Assembly: GCF_006345805.1 (NCBI RefSeq) | Contig: NW_021836136.1 | Coordinates: 28,078-92,077, forward strand | Reading direction: 5' to 3' | Source: Octopus sinensis | Lineage: Eukaryota | DNA: 64,000 nt | Shown: positions 35,496 through 49,205 of the stretch, piece by piece | Numbering within the stretch: the stretch's first letter is position 1 | Layout of the letters: every line of letters begins with the position of its first letter | Translations under genes and position numbers: made by a program | Notes under the pieces: generated by a model | Database searches by the model: none | Seen by the model: the letters and a program-made list of their open reading frames with translations, nothing else | Told to the model about the DNA's origin: nothing

Positions 35496-37199
35496 GTAAG
35501 TGTTGTATGTCATATTATAAAATTGTGCATTTAATCACTGAATTTAACACAAAAACCATTCAAAGTAAGGCTGAGTTAAGGATACAATCTTAGGTAAACA
35601 TTCCTATCTCTGAAGACAAGGTTGTAATTCAGAGATAGATCTGTGTATTTCTGAAACTCTAATCTCTGATTTTACATACAAAATTTCTGTTTTGTTAGAT
35701 ATGACAGTTAAATATGTACAGGAAGAAAATTTAAGCAGTTTTTGAAAGAATGCTGTCTGAAATAGTTCACCTCAATCACCATGTTATGCAGTTACTATAC
35801 TAATTAGTTAGATAAAGAGTTACTGCTTTTTGTAGTTTACATCCTACTGCAGTTAACACAGCTTTTCATCTACAATTTTTTTTTTATTACTCTGATATGG
35901 GGAAGCAGACCCCACAGAACTTTAAAATCTACCAAAACTGATAGACAGTGATGACTGAGTATTGAACAGTGACTTCTGGCCGGAAGAAAAAATGCAAGTA
36001 AAGGAGTTTCAAAGTGCACACAAAAAAGATAGATAGATGAATTATGAGAAAGAGGGAAACGATGCTTGAATGAAGCTAGATTCATAACACAAGAACATTT
36101 AGTTAGAAGTATATTTGGCATATTTGTAGGTAGATAATGTATGTTCCAGCATAAAAACAAAGAAAAATAGGATTGACAGAGGGTTAACAATTTAAGGCAG
36201 TGGGTAAAATCTTATCTATCAGCAACTTTTAATTGTGAGCTTTCAGTGCTCTCATGTCAGGCATAGATTTTAGCAACTGATTAAATGTGAAGTATTTTCA
36301 GAACTTGCAAATACCATATTAAAATATACTAATTTGCAATATGATAGCACAGCTAAGAAAGATAAGAATGAAGATGCCAAGCAGGGCAACAAATACTACA
36401 AAGAAGAAGAAAAAAACAATTAAAGAGATATATCCTTCTTTTTTAGCATGTAACTCATTCCCAAATATCTATTTCAAGAATAACAATATTAAATATTTGG
36501 TGACCAAAGAATGCAATGCTAAAATTTGTGACATGGGACATGTAAATATTCAAGTACTTTTAAAAGTGTAAATAATTTTGCATTTTTAGACATATCAATA
36601 AGATATCAAGAAAGAATTTCAAATTATTTATTCTACTATTCATCTTCCTTTGCTGACTCAGATTTCCTAATCATAATTGTTCTTCAGATGAGAATTAAAA
36701 TAGCAAACATTTCCAATGTGAGCATGTATTAATTCGATGAGCCATAGTTTATCCATATTCCATTTTTGTTTGCCAGTGTTGAATGTAGCAGGTAATTGTA
36801 TTGATTTGTGAAGAAAATGATTCATTAACAATACTATGGTTTCTACTTTTTTCTATTCAAAGTGATTATAATTCTGTCATTACAGAAGTGAAGATGCTAT
36901 AAATTTAGCAAACATCAAATAAATCAGCATCTATTTGTATCTCCTTGTAGAATTTGTTTTATAAATTATTTTCTTTTATACCTAACTGCTAATTTTTTTA
37001 GTATTTGTATTTATTTTATTTATTTATGTTCTGAAAGATTTCAATTAGAAAGAGATAGATTACCACTACACATTGTCAATTTTATTTGAAAGAATGAAAA
37101 CGATATTTGATAAGCTTACAATTATAGAAAGTTTAGAATTACCCCAGACAAAGTAAACAATAGACAGGTAGTGTAGATTCTTGTCTCAGTTTTTTAGTT

Positions 37200-39660
37200 T
37201 TAAGAATCTATAGATTCATATTATTTTAACTTGTGTTTTTCAGATGTAGGATGATATTTATTTTCCATCAGTTCAGTGTTATTTAATATCTTAGCATGCA
37301 TAATTCCACAAGTGTTTATCAGTAAATCAACCTACTAACAAGGTATGATAGTCATTATTAGTTTTCATTTAGAATGCATTTTATCATGCTGGCCTGAACA
37401 AAATAATAGCCTTAAGCATACAAAACTTGTAACAATCCATTATCATTTTCTCCATAAGACTCACCACTTCATCCTATGCCTTTCTCAGGTCTTCTTTACA
37501 TTGGTTATTTTCAGCTGTTAATATTTTGCACCTTTTCACACAGCATTCACTGTCCATTTGTCTCACCGAGCAGTTAATTTTCCTGCATACATTAGCTGAA
37601 AACTATAATTTCTAATCACTCTCTTAAATCACATATGCTCTCTGAGTTTCATTAGGTTAACACTGCACATCAAACAATTCATATTTGACTCATTTCCCTC
37701 TAGTCTCTGCCAATGAACTGAAATCAATGGTCATGTCTCACTATTATGCATCATCAAGCCTATTATACATGTGTCAGAGAATCTGTCTTTCTGAGAGAAA
37801 GAGAAACATTTTGTTGTTGTTGTTGTTGTTTAGCCCCAGTTCTACAATGATTTAGCAGATTTTTCATCAAAAGCATTCTAGCCATGATCAATCCAAATTT
37901 ATTGTATATCCATAATACATTGATCAATTTATTCTTTATTATAGTTGGGTGCAATTTGCAAAAGACCAGACTGTTATTTCTAGCATAATGAGCAATCTTG
38001 TAGAAACTGATTTGTGTCACCAAAATTCTATATCTTAACACACCTAACTTCACCTCAGGGTCTTTCGCTCTTTTTTCCATTGAGTAATACTATTTCACTT
38101 CTATTATTTTACCCAGTGTATTGTGACTATCACATGTTTTGTGATGCCCATCTCTATCTGTATGTCCATACTCACTATCTAAACAGTGTGTCCAATGTAT
38201 TTGGTGTATTTTTATGATTTTGCAGACAGCTAAAACACATCTATAAAAAGGAGATGATTAAGGTCCTGTCCCATTTTTTTCCCCAGATAATAACCTACCC
38301 GTCTTCTGAAGCACCATGTTCAGATACATCAGAGCAATAAGAGCAAGAGACAAAATGAGTCACCTTGAAAGATGCCAAGCTCTTGACCACTAGGTTTTCA
38401 GTTTTTTTGCAGATCCTCAGAACTATTTTGTCAACGGTCAGGTGATCTTTTGAACCCTGTAAATGTTTTCTGCTTGACAGAGAGTAAGTCATTTGCTTCC
38501 ATGTTCAGCAATTATTTCTGTTAGAACTTTTCACATCAAACTAAGGCATGTAATAGAATGGTAATTAATGACAATAGAACCCTTGGATACATCTTTCATA
38601 AGGATCATTTGTCCTCCAATTATCCAGGTCGATACCACACAATCAAAAGTGCTGTAATCCAGAGGAAAAGCCAGTCTCCTTTGTATACACATGAATCCTT
38701 TCTCCAAAGAAGCCATGGATTCCACCCAACCCTAGCAATTTCCAGTTTGGTAGCACCTTGACCAGAATTTCCACCTTCTCAAGTATTATTCTGACTGGAT
38801 TTTGTTCATCAACAGCCCTGGTTATTTGTTCCTTTTTCACTGATGCCAACCAGTTTGTATCCTTGTAATGTTCTACTGACTGATACCACAGGTCTGACGA
38901 AATGTATGTTCCTTTTTTGCAGGTGAGAAGCACATGATTTTTTATCTTACCACTGAAACATCTATAAAATTGGAGTTGGGTTGAATAAAAGAGCTTATTT
39001 TATACATACTGAGCAATTCGTTTCAAGTACATCCTGACTTTCACAACTTTATTGGAGATCAGCAGCTTAATTTGGTCCATCGCAATTTGAAAAAATTTCT
39101 TTCGGGCTATCACTTTTTAAGCAGTCTTTGCTTGTATTCCATCTGTACATACTATATAACACTATCTACCTTCATGGTTTCACCATAGAGTTTTTTCTAT
39201 ATCACAAATCATAGGGTGACATAATCTTGTTGATTTAGCACACACTATCAATTCAGTCATTCTGTTGAATATTTCCTGTGCATAATCCTCTAGATCAGAG
39301 GGTAACTCTGCTTGGGGTACTATATCTCTCTGAGTATATCCCTATTGTACATGCATCACTATTCTGGCTACCATTGTTTTCACCTATCTCACTCAGTACA
39401 TCCTTTTTTGTGCTCTCATGCTCAGCAACAACTATTTCAGTACTACTTTCTTCCAAAAGCTCATAAAAAGAAAATCCAGATCTTGCAAGTCTTCCCACAA
39501 CATTGCATGCATTATTTCTTCAATTTCCATGATAGAAAACCATTTCTTTTCCTGTGTAACTTGGATTTGATCACATTAATCTCAAACATTCCTTTTACAT
39601 TCCAAATTTGGTGGACCTTTATTCTGATACCATGGTTACAAAGCACTTAAGTACTTTATC
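37200..39660 (-). mobile_element. Long degenerate R4/Dong-like LINE including the RT domain
   Basis: The minus strand reads KRIAQYV*NKLF, VLPNWKLLGLGGIHGFF (PGPDG region), KGSIVINYHSITCLSLM, QGSKDHLTVDKIVL, LGIFQGDSF and LNHLLFIDVF (the YMDD position). The lower boundary is approximate. Confidence 0.75.
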
Positions 39661-40355
39661 TTCGCAGAAATGTATTTTATTCTAAGGACCTTAAACTTAA
39701 TGCATTAAGAATAGTCAAATGTGCTGACAAAATTGAATTTGAAGATTACATATTGCTAGGTACCAATTGTCTTAGAGAAACCACTTTTAAATAATTAAGT
39801 AGAATTTAATGTATAATGATACTTCTAAAGTTATTGTAGTTTTCTCTTGCGACATATGTGAATGTCATATGTAGCCTCTGCTAACAAAGTCAATATCATA
39901 AATTACAATAAATCATTTTTCTTTGGAAATTTGCCAGGTAGTATAGTTCTATGTAGACGGTTTTATTATGAGGCTTTTAAGCTTGATGTTTCAAAAACAT
40001 TATTCATAAATTGTATAACAGAGCCATTTTTTGTAAATGCATACAAGAAAAAACCTATTTCCAAGTACATACCCCTACCAAAATAATGAATAAGTAATAA
40101 GTTTAAGTTCTAGTCCTTGGGTGCCTTTAATAGCAGAATTACTTTGAAACTTTTGTAATATGTGACATTATGTATGTATATATAAAGTAACAAACTGAGG
40201 AAAAGAAATCCTTCAAAGGGGTGTGTTAAACATCCAATTAACTGGTACATCAGTTGGATACCTTATAGATATTGATATAATTCAATTATAAAGATAAATT
40301 AAATGTAGAAATAAACTATTGACTGTCTAATAATTCATTACAATATTAATTTATC

Positions 40356-40391
<36 letters not shown>

Positions 40392-40392
<1 letters not shown>

Positions 40393-40602
40393 CATGTGAC
40401 CTCGTGAGCACCGCCAGCAATTTTTTTTCCTCTGTCTTCCCTTCTCGGGATTTTTCCTTCTCCTTTGTTTACGACGAAGAGCTCCGCTTGAAACGTTAAA
40501 CCCTCCTTCCCTTCTTTCCTGAGCGTCCAATAATACTTTATTTGTTCCACATCCTCGCGTTGCTGTGGTTTTTTTTGTGTTTTCTTGTTTGGATTAACTT
40601 TA
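40392..40602 (+). mobile_element. (TA)n-embedded repeat, possibly a Penelope-like terminal repeat, with a degenerate minimal hammerhead-like motif
   Basis: CpG-rich unit flanked by TA arrays, containing gttt-ACGACGA-AGAGC-tcc-GCTT-GAAACGTT-aaac. Its 3' part recurs at 54529-54626. Confidence 0.45.
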
Positions 40603-41871
40603 TATATATCTAAGTAGGATTTCTTAACTTCTTTTCCTATTATAATAATACAACTATATAGTGACTATTACAGGTATTGCCATCAGTAACAATCAATTGG
40701 AAGCATTCAGGCTAGGTCACATGTCAGAGGGTAATTTCTGCTTTTCTTCATGCTGGCTCTGAGAAAGGGTGATGTATGCTATGCTTCCTCATTAGTCTAA
40801 CCCGGAATTAAAAAATTAAGGCCTAATACTGTCATTTGATTTAGTTTCTATTTTCCTTGTGTTTAGTAAAAATACCTGAAAAGTAAACACATTATTAACA
40901 AATACTACATTCTAAGCAACATCCAATTAATATTTCATAATAATCACATCTGTCACAGAGAGCAATGCATAAAATTGTTAATAAATCCTAATTAATTATA
41001 GATAATGATACATGTTACAAGTGTTTCAAAGCAATTCTTGCGTTGAAAAATATAAAAGTATCTTACCGTGATCTTTAACAATATAAAATGATGTTAATGA
41101 TAATAAATTTTTGCTTAAAATATAAATTCTCTAATCTGACTTTGAAAAAGACAAAAGAAAATTATCCTCTGATGATCTTTATTAAACAAGGATAAATTCA
41201 AATATATCGATGTCTTCCATGAAGTTCTAAGTAGACTTTTAGGATTCTTTAAAGTTTCTATTATTTATTCATTAAACATGCTTTACAGCAATATAACTAC
41301 TTCAAAACTGAGTGTTTTGCACAAATGAACAGCATTATATAAATAAAAGCAATGCAATATGGATGAGCTCTGCATAATTATATGAAAATTATTTGTCATA
41401 AAATTATTGAAATATATGATATAAAAAGAGGACAAATGTGACCTTTGCTCGGAAATTATTAACAAATAATTAAAAAAATTAACTGTTGGACTCTGATCCA
41501 TTTTTGTTTCCTGCAGCAAAACCTTATTAGCATTATTGTCAGTATAATCATAAATGTTTCTACTTAATTGTTTCTGTGTGATAATTATCATCCTCATACA
41601 TATTTTTATGACTATGACCACCGTCATAATGATGATGCTGAAGATATGTACAATGATGATAATTATTATTACTGTTATTATCATCATTTGGTTAATACTC
41701 CTTTCAATTTAAGTTTATTGGTAACAGAGTATAAGAAAGCAGTACAGCAATTTTATCTCTGACACCATAAAAAACAAAAAAGAAGATTAATGAAGAGATA
41801 AAAATTCTTTGTTGTCAGGGGAAAAAATTACAATCTGTGAATAATGGCTTTGAAAATATGAAAAGCACCAA

Positions 41872-41899
41872 ATAAATAAATAAATAAATAAATAAATAA
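41872..41899. repeat. (AAAT)n microsatellite
   Basis: Direct reading of the sequence. Confidence 0.9.
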
Positions 41900-44404
41900 A
41901 AACATGTTAAACATTCTAAAAAGCTTGATTAGTTACATTAAATATATTCTTTATTCTTTGAGTGCCAGAGTGTCTTCTGTGAGTTGTTCTTGTCTTTCAA
42001 ATTCTGATGAACTGATAACATGATCACATTGATAATACTGAACGATAGGTACATGTAATTGTTACAGTTAATGGTAAATCAAAAGCTGAACAGCTTCTTT
42101 TTACATATCTATATTTTAAATCATCTTTATCAAAATACAACATATTTTATATATACTTTTCAGGTCAATTAATGTTTAAATCTCACAAAAATAATCATTA
42201 TCAATTTCAGGTTTTCATGCTCCAATGACTTCTTATATAGCTTTTATCATTTACACTGGTCTATTTCATATTTTGTTTTATGCAACAAGCTAAAATGATT
42301 ATTTTCATTCCAAAATATTACGATGCTAAACTAATCTTCAACTTAAAGTATTTCTGACTTATCTTATGCTACTTGTACATATCAGTGCTAAAAGAATAAA
42401 CATTCAAAGGGAAATAAAAGAATTATATTTTTACACACATGAAATTTGGAAATAATATTGCCAAAATATCTATCATAAAGGAAATAAAATTAAAAATTTC
42501 AATGTCAAGTAATTATGTAATCGTAGTAGAGTTCAAAATTGAAGAAATTTATTTCATTGTGTTAAAAATGTCTCTAGTGATTTTAGAAAAAAACTATTTT
42601 GGTTAAAAACCATCTTGTAGTGGAAAGACCCACACAATTATTTATTTGTATATGTACATGTTTGTTAGAAATGAGCTTCTTGAACAATATAGTCTCAATA
42701 TTATGTAATATTTAAAGGCATTCTAATTAAACAGAATACTATAAGTTTTATGGCACTAGAAAATGTGTTATTAGACTTAACAAAACTTATATATTATCTT
42801 TCTAAAAGTGGAGAGTTTGCATTTAATATATATATCTTGATAACTTTGGCTTAAAATACCAAGACTAAAATAAAACTATTTTCAAGGCTCATGAGTTTAA
42901 CTGAAATTTATTTAATTGAATTGAAAAGAAAATTTATTCTCAGAAGGATTCTGAATGGAAATTTACAAAATTTAGAACAATCTGTTGCTTTTTAATATAT
43001 TAATATAATAAAAGCAAGAAGCAGACAAATGACAACAAAGAAATGAATAAAAATTTTGGTCATGTGACTTACTATTTCTTTCAGTTTTGACACCTCACTT
43101 TTTACTAGAATTTATTTTATTGCATCTCAATAGTTGAAAAAGTTATTGTGTTCTTTGCAGAGTTTGAAATAACTCTGTCTTGTCAAAGTATCAGGTTTCA
43201 AAGACATTTTGTCATAGAGCTGTTGACAAAACTTTAATCCTTCTGATATTGTGGTTCAATTTCTGAAGCAGATGAGATAATTTCATGAGACAGAAATTTG
43301 ATCTATTACAAATAACTCTTCCAAAATTCTAGAGCCTACTCCCCGCAGGTGACAAAAATGATACATACTGAATAATCTTCTGCAGAAAATACCATTGAAG
43401 ACATCAGCATTGGATTAGAAATTCTTAGTAATCCTTGAGCTGAAAGTTCAGGACACCTTCCATTTGGTCATCCCATCACTTCTTTACTAATATAGCTTCA
43501 AATCTATATTTAATAGTAAAGTGAATACTTAAATATTTGATATAGGGAGCCAAGAATTTTAATTAATTAAGATTACAGCCTTAGCAATGAGAAAAATTCA
43601 TTATCTTGTTGAGAAAATCAAATGAGACAACCCAGAATTTTAATTAATATAAATTAATTAAAAATTTAATTCTGATCTTTAGTGGTACGTTGACAACAAC
43701 AGACATGTGATTCACTTTCACAATTACACATCAGTAAAACATAGTCTAACCAATGCTTAGACAAAAAGTTTTAAACTATTTCAAATCTTAGACTGATGGG
43801 TAAAATATGTGTGCTTTACATACACAAATACTAATTCGTGAGATAATTTACAAAGAAATGACCGCATAAAATTAATAAAGCCTCTTTGGGGTTTTCCCTT
43901 TGTCTCCTTTAACCTTGAACTTAGTAAATAGGGTTTGGAGTAAGTTTATAATCTTATTGAAATCAGTCCTTATCATTGTAAAGAAAGGACTAAGTATTTT
44001 TTGTCTCTTTATGTCTGTGTTAATGAGCTGAGATAATGGTATCAGTTTTCAAAGCTCCCCAGGACATTCTAACATATTTTTTTATTTGGATTTGGTGAGT
44101 AGAAAATAACAAGTATTCTTTTTCATAGATATGTACATATATTAAAAAGTACAAAGAAAAAGCTCAGCAAAATTCGTTATGAATATAAGAAAGGAAATAT
44201 TTACATTTTTATCAATATATATTACTGATTTCAAACAGTTTAAAAATGATTGTCATGTTGTAGAAAGAGGGAAAATAAGAATATATGTGTTTTCCCTTCT
44301 CTTATAACATGATTAAATGATTGTAAAATTGATTAAAAAACAGGTAGCATATTTTGATAAAAATGTAAATATTTTTATTATCTTATTCACGATAAAGTTA
44401 TCAA

Positions 44405-45348
44405 AGTACTTAGCAGTATCACAGGTGGGTTAATGGAAAAAATAGTCTTTGTGTGTGGCAAACGTGTAGGTACAATAAACACTAAAAATATGCAGACAAT
44501 AGACTCCCTCAAATGCTTGGGGCATCATTATTAGAAGTAGTAGACAGCTTTTGTTACCTAAGAGACCAGGTTAGCCATGGTGAAGGAAGTTCTGAAAGTG
44601 TAGTTGCTAGAATAAGAATGGGCTGGGCAAAGTTCAGACAGCTTCTACCACTGTTGGTAATTAAGGTCTCTCCCTCAGAATGAAAGACAGATTGTATGAT
44701 GCCTGTGTATGTACAACTTTGTTACATAGCAGTGAAATGTGGGCTTTGACTACAGAGGACTTGTGAAGGCTTGAAAGAAATGAAGCTAGCACGCTCTTTT
44801 AGATGGGTAATGTCACTGTGCAGGCACAACAGTGTAAATGATTTAAGAGAAAAACTGGGTATAAGAGGCATCAGATGTTGTGTGCAAGAGGGGAGACTGT
44901 GCTGGTTTGGTCATGTGATGCATATGGATGAGGACAGCTGTGTAAAGAAGTGCCAAGCTCTGATTGTAGAGGGAACCAGTGGAAAGAGTAGACTCATGAA
45001 AATGTGGGGCGAAGTGGTGAGAAAGGATCTTCAGATGCTGAGGAAATGAAAAAGGACCAGGAATTATGGCAATTTTCTGTACTTTAAAAGGCGTGTCAGG
45101 TTAAGCAAAATCTTTGTCTTCCATTCATGTTCTTTGCAAAGTGCTGGTGTCACATAAAATGCACCCATGCTGGTGGCATGTGATAGAAGCACCTAGAAAA
45201 CTCTATAAAGTGGTTGGCATTAGGAAGGGCATCCAACAGTAAAAACCATGTCACAACAGACAACTTGGAGTCTGGACAGCTCCTCAGCTCCATGTCAAAC
45301 CAGCCAACCCATGCCAGCATGGAACATGGACATAAAACGATGATGAAT
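44405..45348 (+). mobile_element. RTE-clade LINE 3' portion, same family as 493-1810
   Basis: IVFVCGK (end of the PHD-like finger), LEVVDSFCYL, ARIRMGWAKFRQLLPLL, HSSEMWAL, LREKLGIRGIRCCVQEGRLCWFGHV and MWGEVVRKDL. A 3' UTR follows, ending aaacgatgatg. Confidence 0.88.
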
Positions 45349-45394
45349 ATGAATTTAAACAAATAAACTCTCTTAACCTATCCAATACATATAT

Positions 45395-45437
<43 letters not shown>

Positions 45438-45651
45438 GAAATATGTTACGAAAGAAAATATAAAATACACATGGACGTGTAAGGGTAAAATATGAAAAAT
45501 CAAAGAAAATGCACATTGCAAATAAAAAAAGGCTATTTATGACAGGTAACAACAAATATATACGTTTAGATTGACTGAGGTAGTAATACAAGTCATAAAA
45601 GTCATTATTATGAGATGATTATAAGATGATAATAAAGTAAGAGAACAAAAC

Positions 45652-45935
45652 GGACCATGGTTTACGCGAAGCTATTCATCGTTTGAACAACACAGGGAGA
45701 TTCAGCATGACACAGCTGCCCCTTTGAAGTACAGGTACAACAGAAACAGGAAGAAAGAGTAAGAGAAAGATGTGGTGAAAATGTACAGCAGGGCTTGCCA
45801 CAACCCTCTGCCAGAGCTGCGTGGAGCTTTTAAGTGCTTTTGCTCAATAAACACCCACAATGCTTGGTCTGGGAATCGACACCAAAATCCAATGACGCAA
45901 GTCCGCTGCCCTAACTACTGGGCTATTTCGCCTCC
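45652..45935 (-). mobile_element. tRNA-derived SINE (family C-like head)
   Basis: The reverse complement begins ggaggcgaaatagcccagtagttagggcagcggacttgcg...gtgtcgattcccagacc (A and B boxes). Confidence 0.72.
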
Positions 45936-47273
45936 ATGATATATACATACATACTTATACACACGTACATATATATGCATGCAGACACAAACACAGACAC
46001 ACATGTAAATATGTATATTCAAGTAAATTCTTTAACCCATTTTAGCACTGAAGTTATGGCTGCTGATACTATAATTCTGTCTGATGTCCATTATAAATCT
46101 TAAGATATTATTTACATCTGTGATGAAATCTCTGTAGATTTAATAATATATATAATCTGCTTATTAGGTTCTTTATTATATGATATTATTGTTAATGAAA
46201 TACATGTAAAATGATGTAACTAAGTATTTAATGAACAAACTCTCTATTTTTCTTTTTTACCATATGCATTCTATGATCTTTTTAACTTCGGAGACCTGCG
46301 AAAAGAATCTAAATACGAGGAATCTTGCATGATTCTCTTTAGTTTGGTTTTTTGATAAGTAAGGATGTGCATGATGTTCTAAATATCATTCATGCTATTT
46401 ATATTTTAATTGTACTCTGTGTTTGTGTGTGAGAGAGAGAGAGAGAGAAAGAGAGAGATAGAGATGTTTTAGAATAAGGAAACCTCAAGCATAGATCTCT
46501 GCATTCGCACAAGTCAATTTTTGTCCATTTCTACAATTGCTTTGGTAGAGCTACAATGAGCAATAGAACTAAATTCATACATTTACACTGGCTCCCGTCT
46601 TCAAATATTAGGGAAGAGAATATTTTACAGTTCTGAGGACATTGTCCGTTCAACACACATTGGAAACAACTCTTCATTAAATGTTCATTTAATGTCTATC
46701 CATTCTAATATTTTTTCTAATCATTTACATTTCCCTCCTTTTTGTTAAATATCACCTTTTTGTATTGTTTTATTCTTTAGCCTCAAAGCTAAAATTATTT
46801 CAGACATATTCTAATTTACTTGTCAGATTTATTCAAGAAAGAAAGAAAATAGGAAAGAAAAAAAAATGATTTAATGAAAAGTTTTTCTCAGTTTGTTTAA
46901 CACTCAATCCTCCATTCTCTTGTTTTTGATGAGCGATAGCTGTGATCTTTCTTGGTCACCATTTTAGTTACAACTATGCAGTGTCTGCTTGGCATTGTCC
47001 ACCTCTATTGTTCTCTTGTCAGTTTAAAAGTATTTGTTTATGAAATGTATTTTGCAAAAATAAAGGGGAAAAAAAACTACAGAAGTGAAGATACTTAATC
47101 ATTTCTGACATAATCTCTCCAGGAAATACCTTCTGAAATAATTTACAGGAATCAAAGTCTACTAGCCCTGCCAATACATATTAGGTGAACAACTGTGACA
47201 CTGTGATAACAATGGTAAATAATAATAGAGAAAAAAAAAAAATGACGATGATGATAATGATGATGTTTCTTAC

Positions 47274-47383
47274 TAAGTCAAATGATATGGAGATATAATA
47301 GATTACTTCTGTAATACAAGAGCCCTTCTGATCACTTTCCCCAGACTTCTTGTGTGCTCTGTCAAACAGTATTGTCACACAAC
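47274..47383 (-). other. Candidate 110-nt exon (xCVTILFDRAHKKSGESDQKGSCITEVIYYISISFDL), unverified
   Basis: tttgctattgcttagtttcag|GTTGTG...GACTTA|gtaaga with one open frame. The protein is not recognised. Confidence 0.2.
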
Positions 47384-48649
47384 CTGAAACTAAGCAATAG
47401 CAAATATTTTAAGTATTTCAGCTTGTCAAGGTTTCACTAAAATTCGCAGATCTATCGATTTACCCAACTTAAAAATGGTTGGATGCTGTTCTTGAAGGTT
47501 ACTCCTAGTGTACTTAAAAAAGTCTATTATTCTGATTTCTGCAAACCCAAAGGAGGCTCGATTCTAAAGAAAGATTGTTTCATACTAATTTAAACTAACA
47601 GTAATGATTTAAGTATGTTGATGGAAACTAATTATCCAACAGTCATTAACTGTAATTTATCAAACAACTGCACATTCAGAAATATAAGCTACTAAATGCA
47701 AACCTATAAAAAACATTAAATGATTTATATCTTGCTAGCTTTAACCTTTAAAGCTGAGTGATCATAGTTTATCATAAGTAGGATTAAGTAGCTTAGAAAC
47801 ATCTTGCTAAATAGTGCAGTAACTTTAATGCTCATGTATATTCCACATTCTTGAATTTAGTCAGATTAACCAACGCTTTAATAGTTTGAACTTGTCTGCA
47901 GGTATTAAAATGTTAAGAGGCAAGTGTATTGAGAGTTAAAACTTTGAATATCAGATTTATTGCTGGTGACTGTTCTGCATTGCTGAGCAACAAAGCTTAA
48001 ATAATTTTAGATTTCTGCATTTATTAAAATATTAAGATAATACATGACAGCTACTTATTCTGATTATATTCAAAGCAACCAATTTCTGATGAATTGGTAA
48101 AAAGCAATTGGATAGTGATAAAATAAAATTATTTGTAACCTCTAGCAAATTAAGGAACAGTAAAATTTAACATTAATTATCCTCATGTTAACTTAAGTTT
48201 AAGCACAAGTATATTTAAACTCCACAGGTATCTTTTACATAATAGCATAAACTTAAAATGATAATGTTTTGTAGCTGATTCACCTACATAGGTATTTTCT
48301 TGTGCTTAAATTTATACGATTAATATTGATTTCTAATGCTATATTGCATATTAATAGTGCTAACGATTAAGTGAGAAAAAGTAGCATCCTCAAATTTCAA
48401 AAGGTTTCAGATAAAAGTATGTAACTTTTCTATAAGAATAATATGTGGTCTCTGTTGAATTTAATATCAGAGATAGCAATCCAACAAATTTACCATGTTA
48501 GCATTGCTTCACCATTACTATTAGACACATACTTCTCCAAATCAATCAAATTTTATACTAACTCATGGATTTTTAGATGACATGGAGCTTGTGTACCTAT
48601 GCACACATGTACACAGAACTTATAAATTTTTACAGATATTATAGGTGTG

Positions 48650-49205
48650 TATTACTAAACACAGAAATCCTCTTCGGTCATGAATGACTGTGGGATTACA
48701 CCTAGAAAGATCCACTCTGAGGCACAAGTCTAGGCAGAGTTGTTTATGGGAGACCAGTGGTTGCCCATACATACCAGCCTCCTCTCTTGATGCCACTGAT
48801 GTTGTCCAAGGTAAAAGCAAAGGCCAGTACAGCTTAGCACCAGTAGCAGCCATCCAAGAATTTGGACCTGGAGATCTCCATTTCCAGCGACTTCGAGGGC
48901 CACCTCCCAGTGGTGTCAGGCATCAATGAAGAGCCCTCCACTACAACAAGACGACCAAAGTTTTTTTTTTTATTCCAAGGTCTGGGGTCTCCCGCCCCTA
49001 AGCCTTAGACCATCACCTAATCACCCTTACCCATCTTGTTGCTTAACAACAACAACAAGCACCAGTAGCAATTCCTTTCTGCAGCTGAGTGAACTGGAGT
49101 AATGTGAATAAAGTGTCTTGCTCAAAAACACAATACATAGCCCAGTCCAGAAAGTGAACTCACTACCTCATGATTGTGAGCCTGATGCTGTAACCACTGA
49201 ATCAT
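48650..49205 (-). mobile_element. tRNA-headed SINE interrupted by a younger insertion
   Basis: The head at about 49205 reads (reverse complement) ttcagtggttacagcatcaggctcac...gagttcactttctggac, then 'tgtgtttttgagcaagacacttta'. The body is split at a duplicated AGCACCAGTAGCA. Confidence 0.7.
48849..49057 (+). mobile_element. Unclassified 209-bp retroposed insert with an (AAC)n tail and 13-bp TSD
   Basis: AGCACCAGTAGCA occurs at 48836-48848 and 49058-49070, and the insert ends aacaacaacaaca. Confidence 0.8.

Noticed and set aside
43140-43480. Coding-like composition with short open frames on the minus strand
   Set aside because: Stops in all frames, no consistent splice sites and no recognisable domain.
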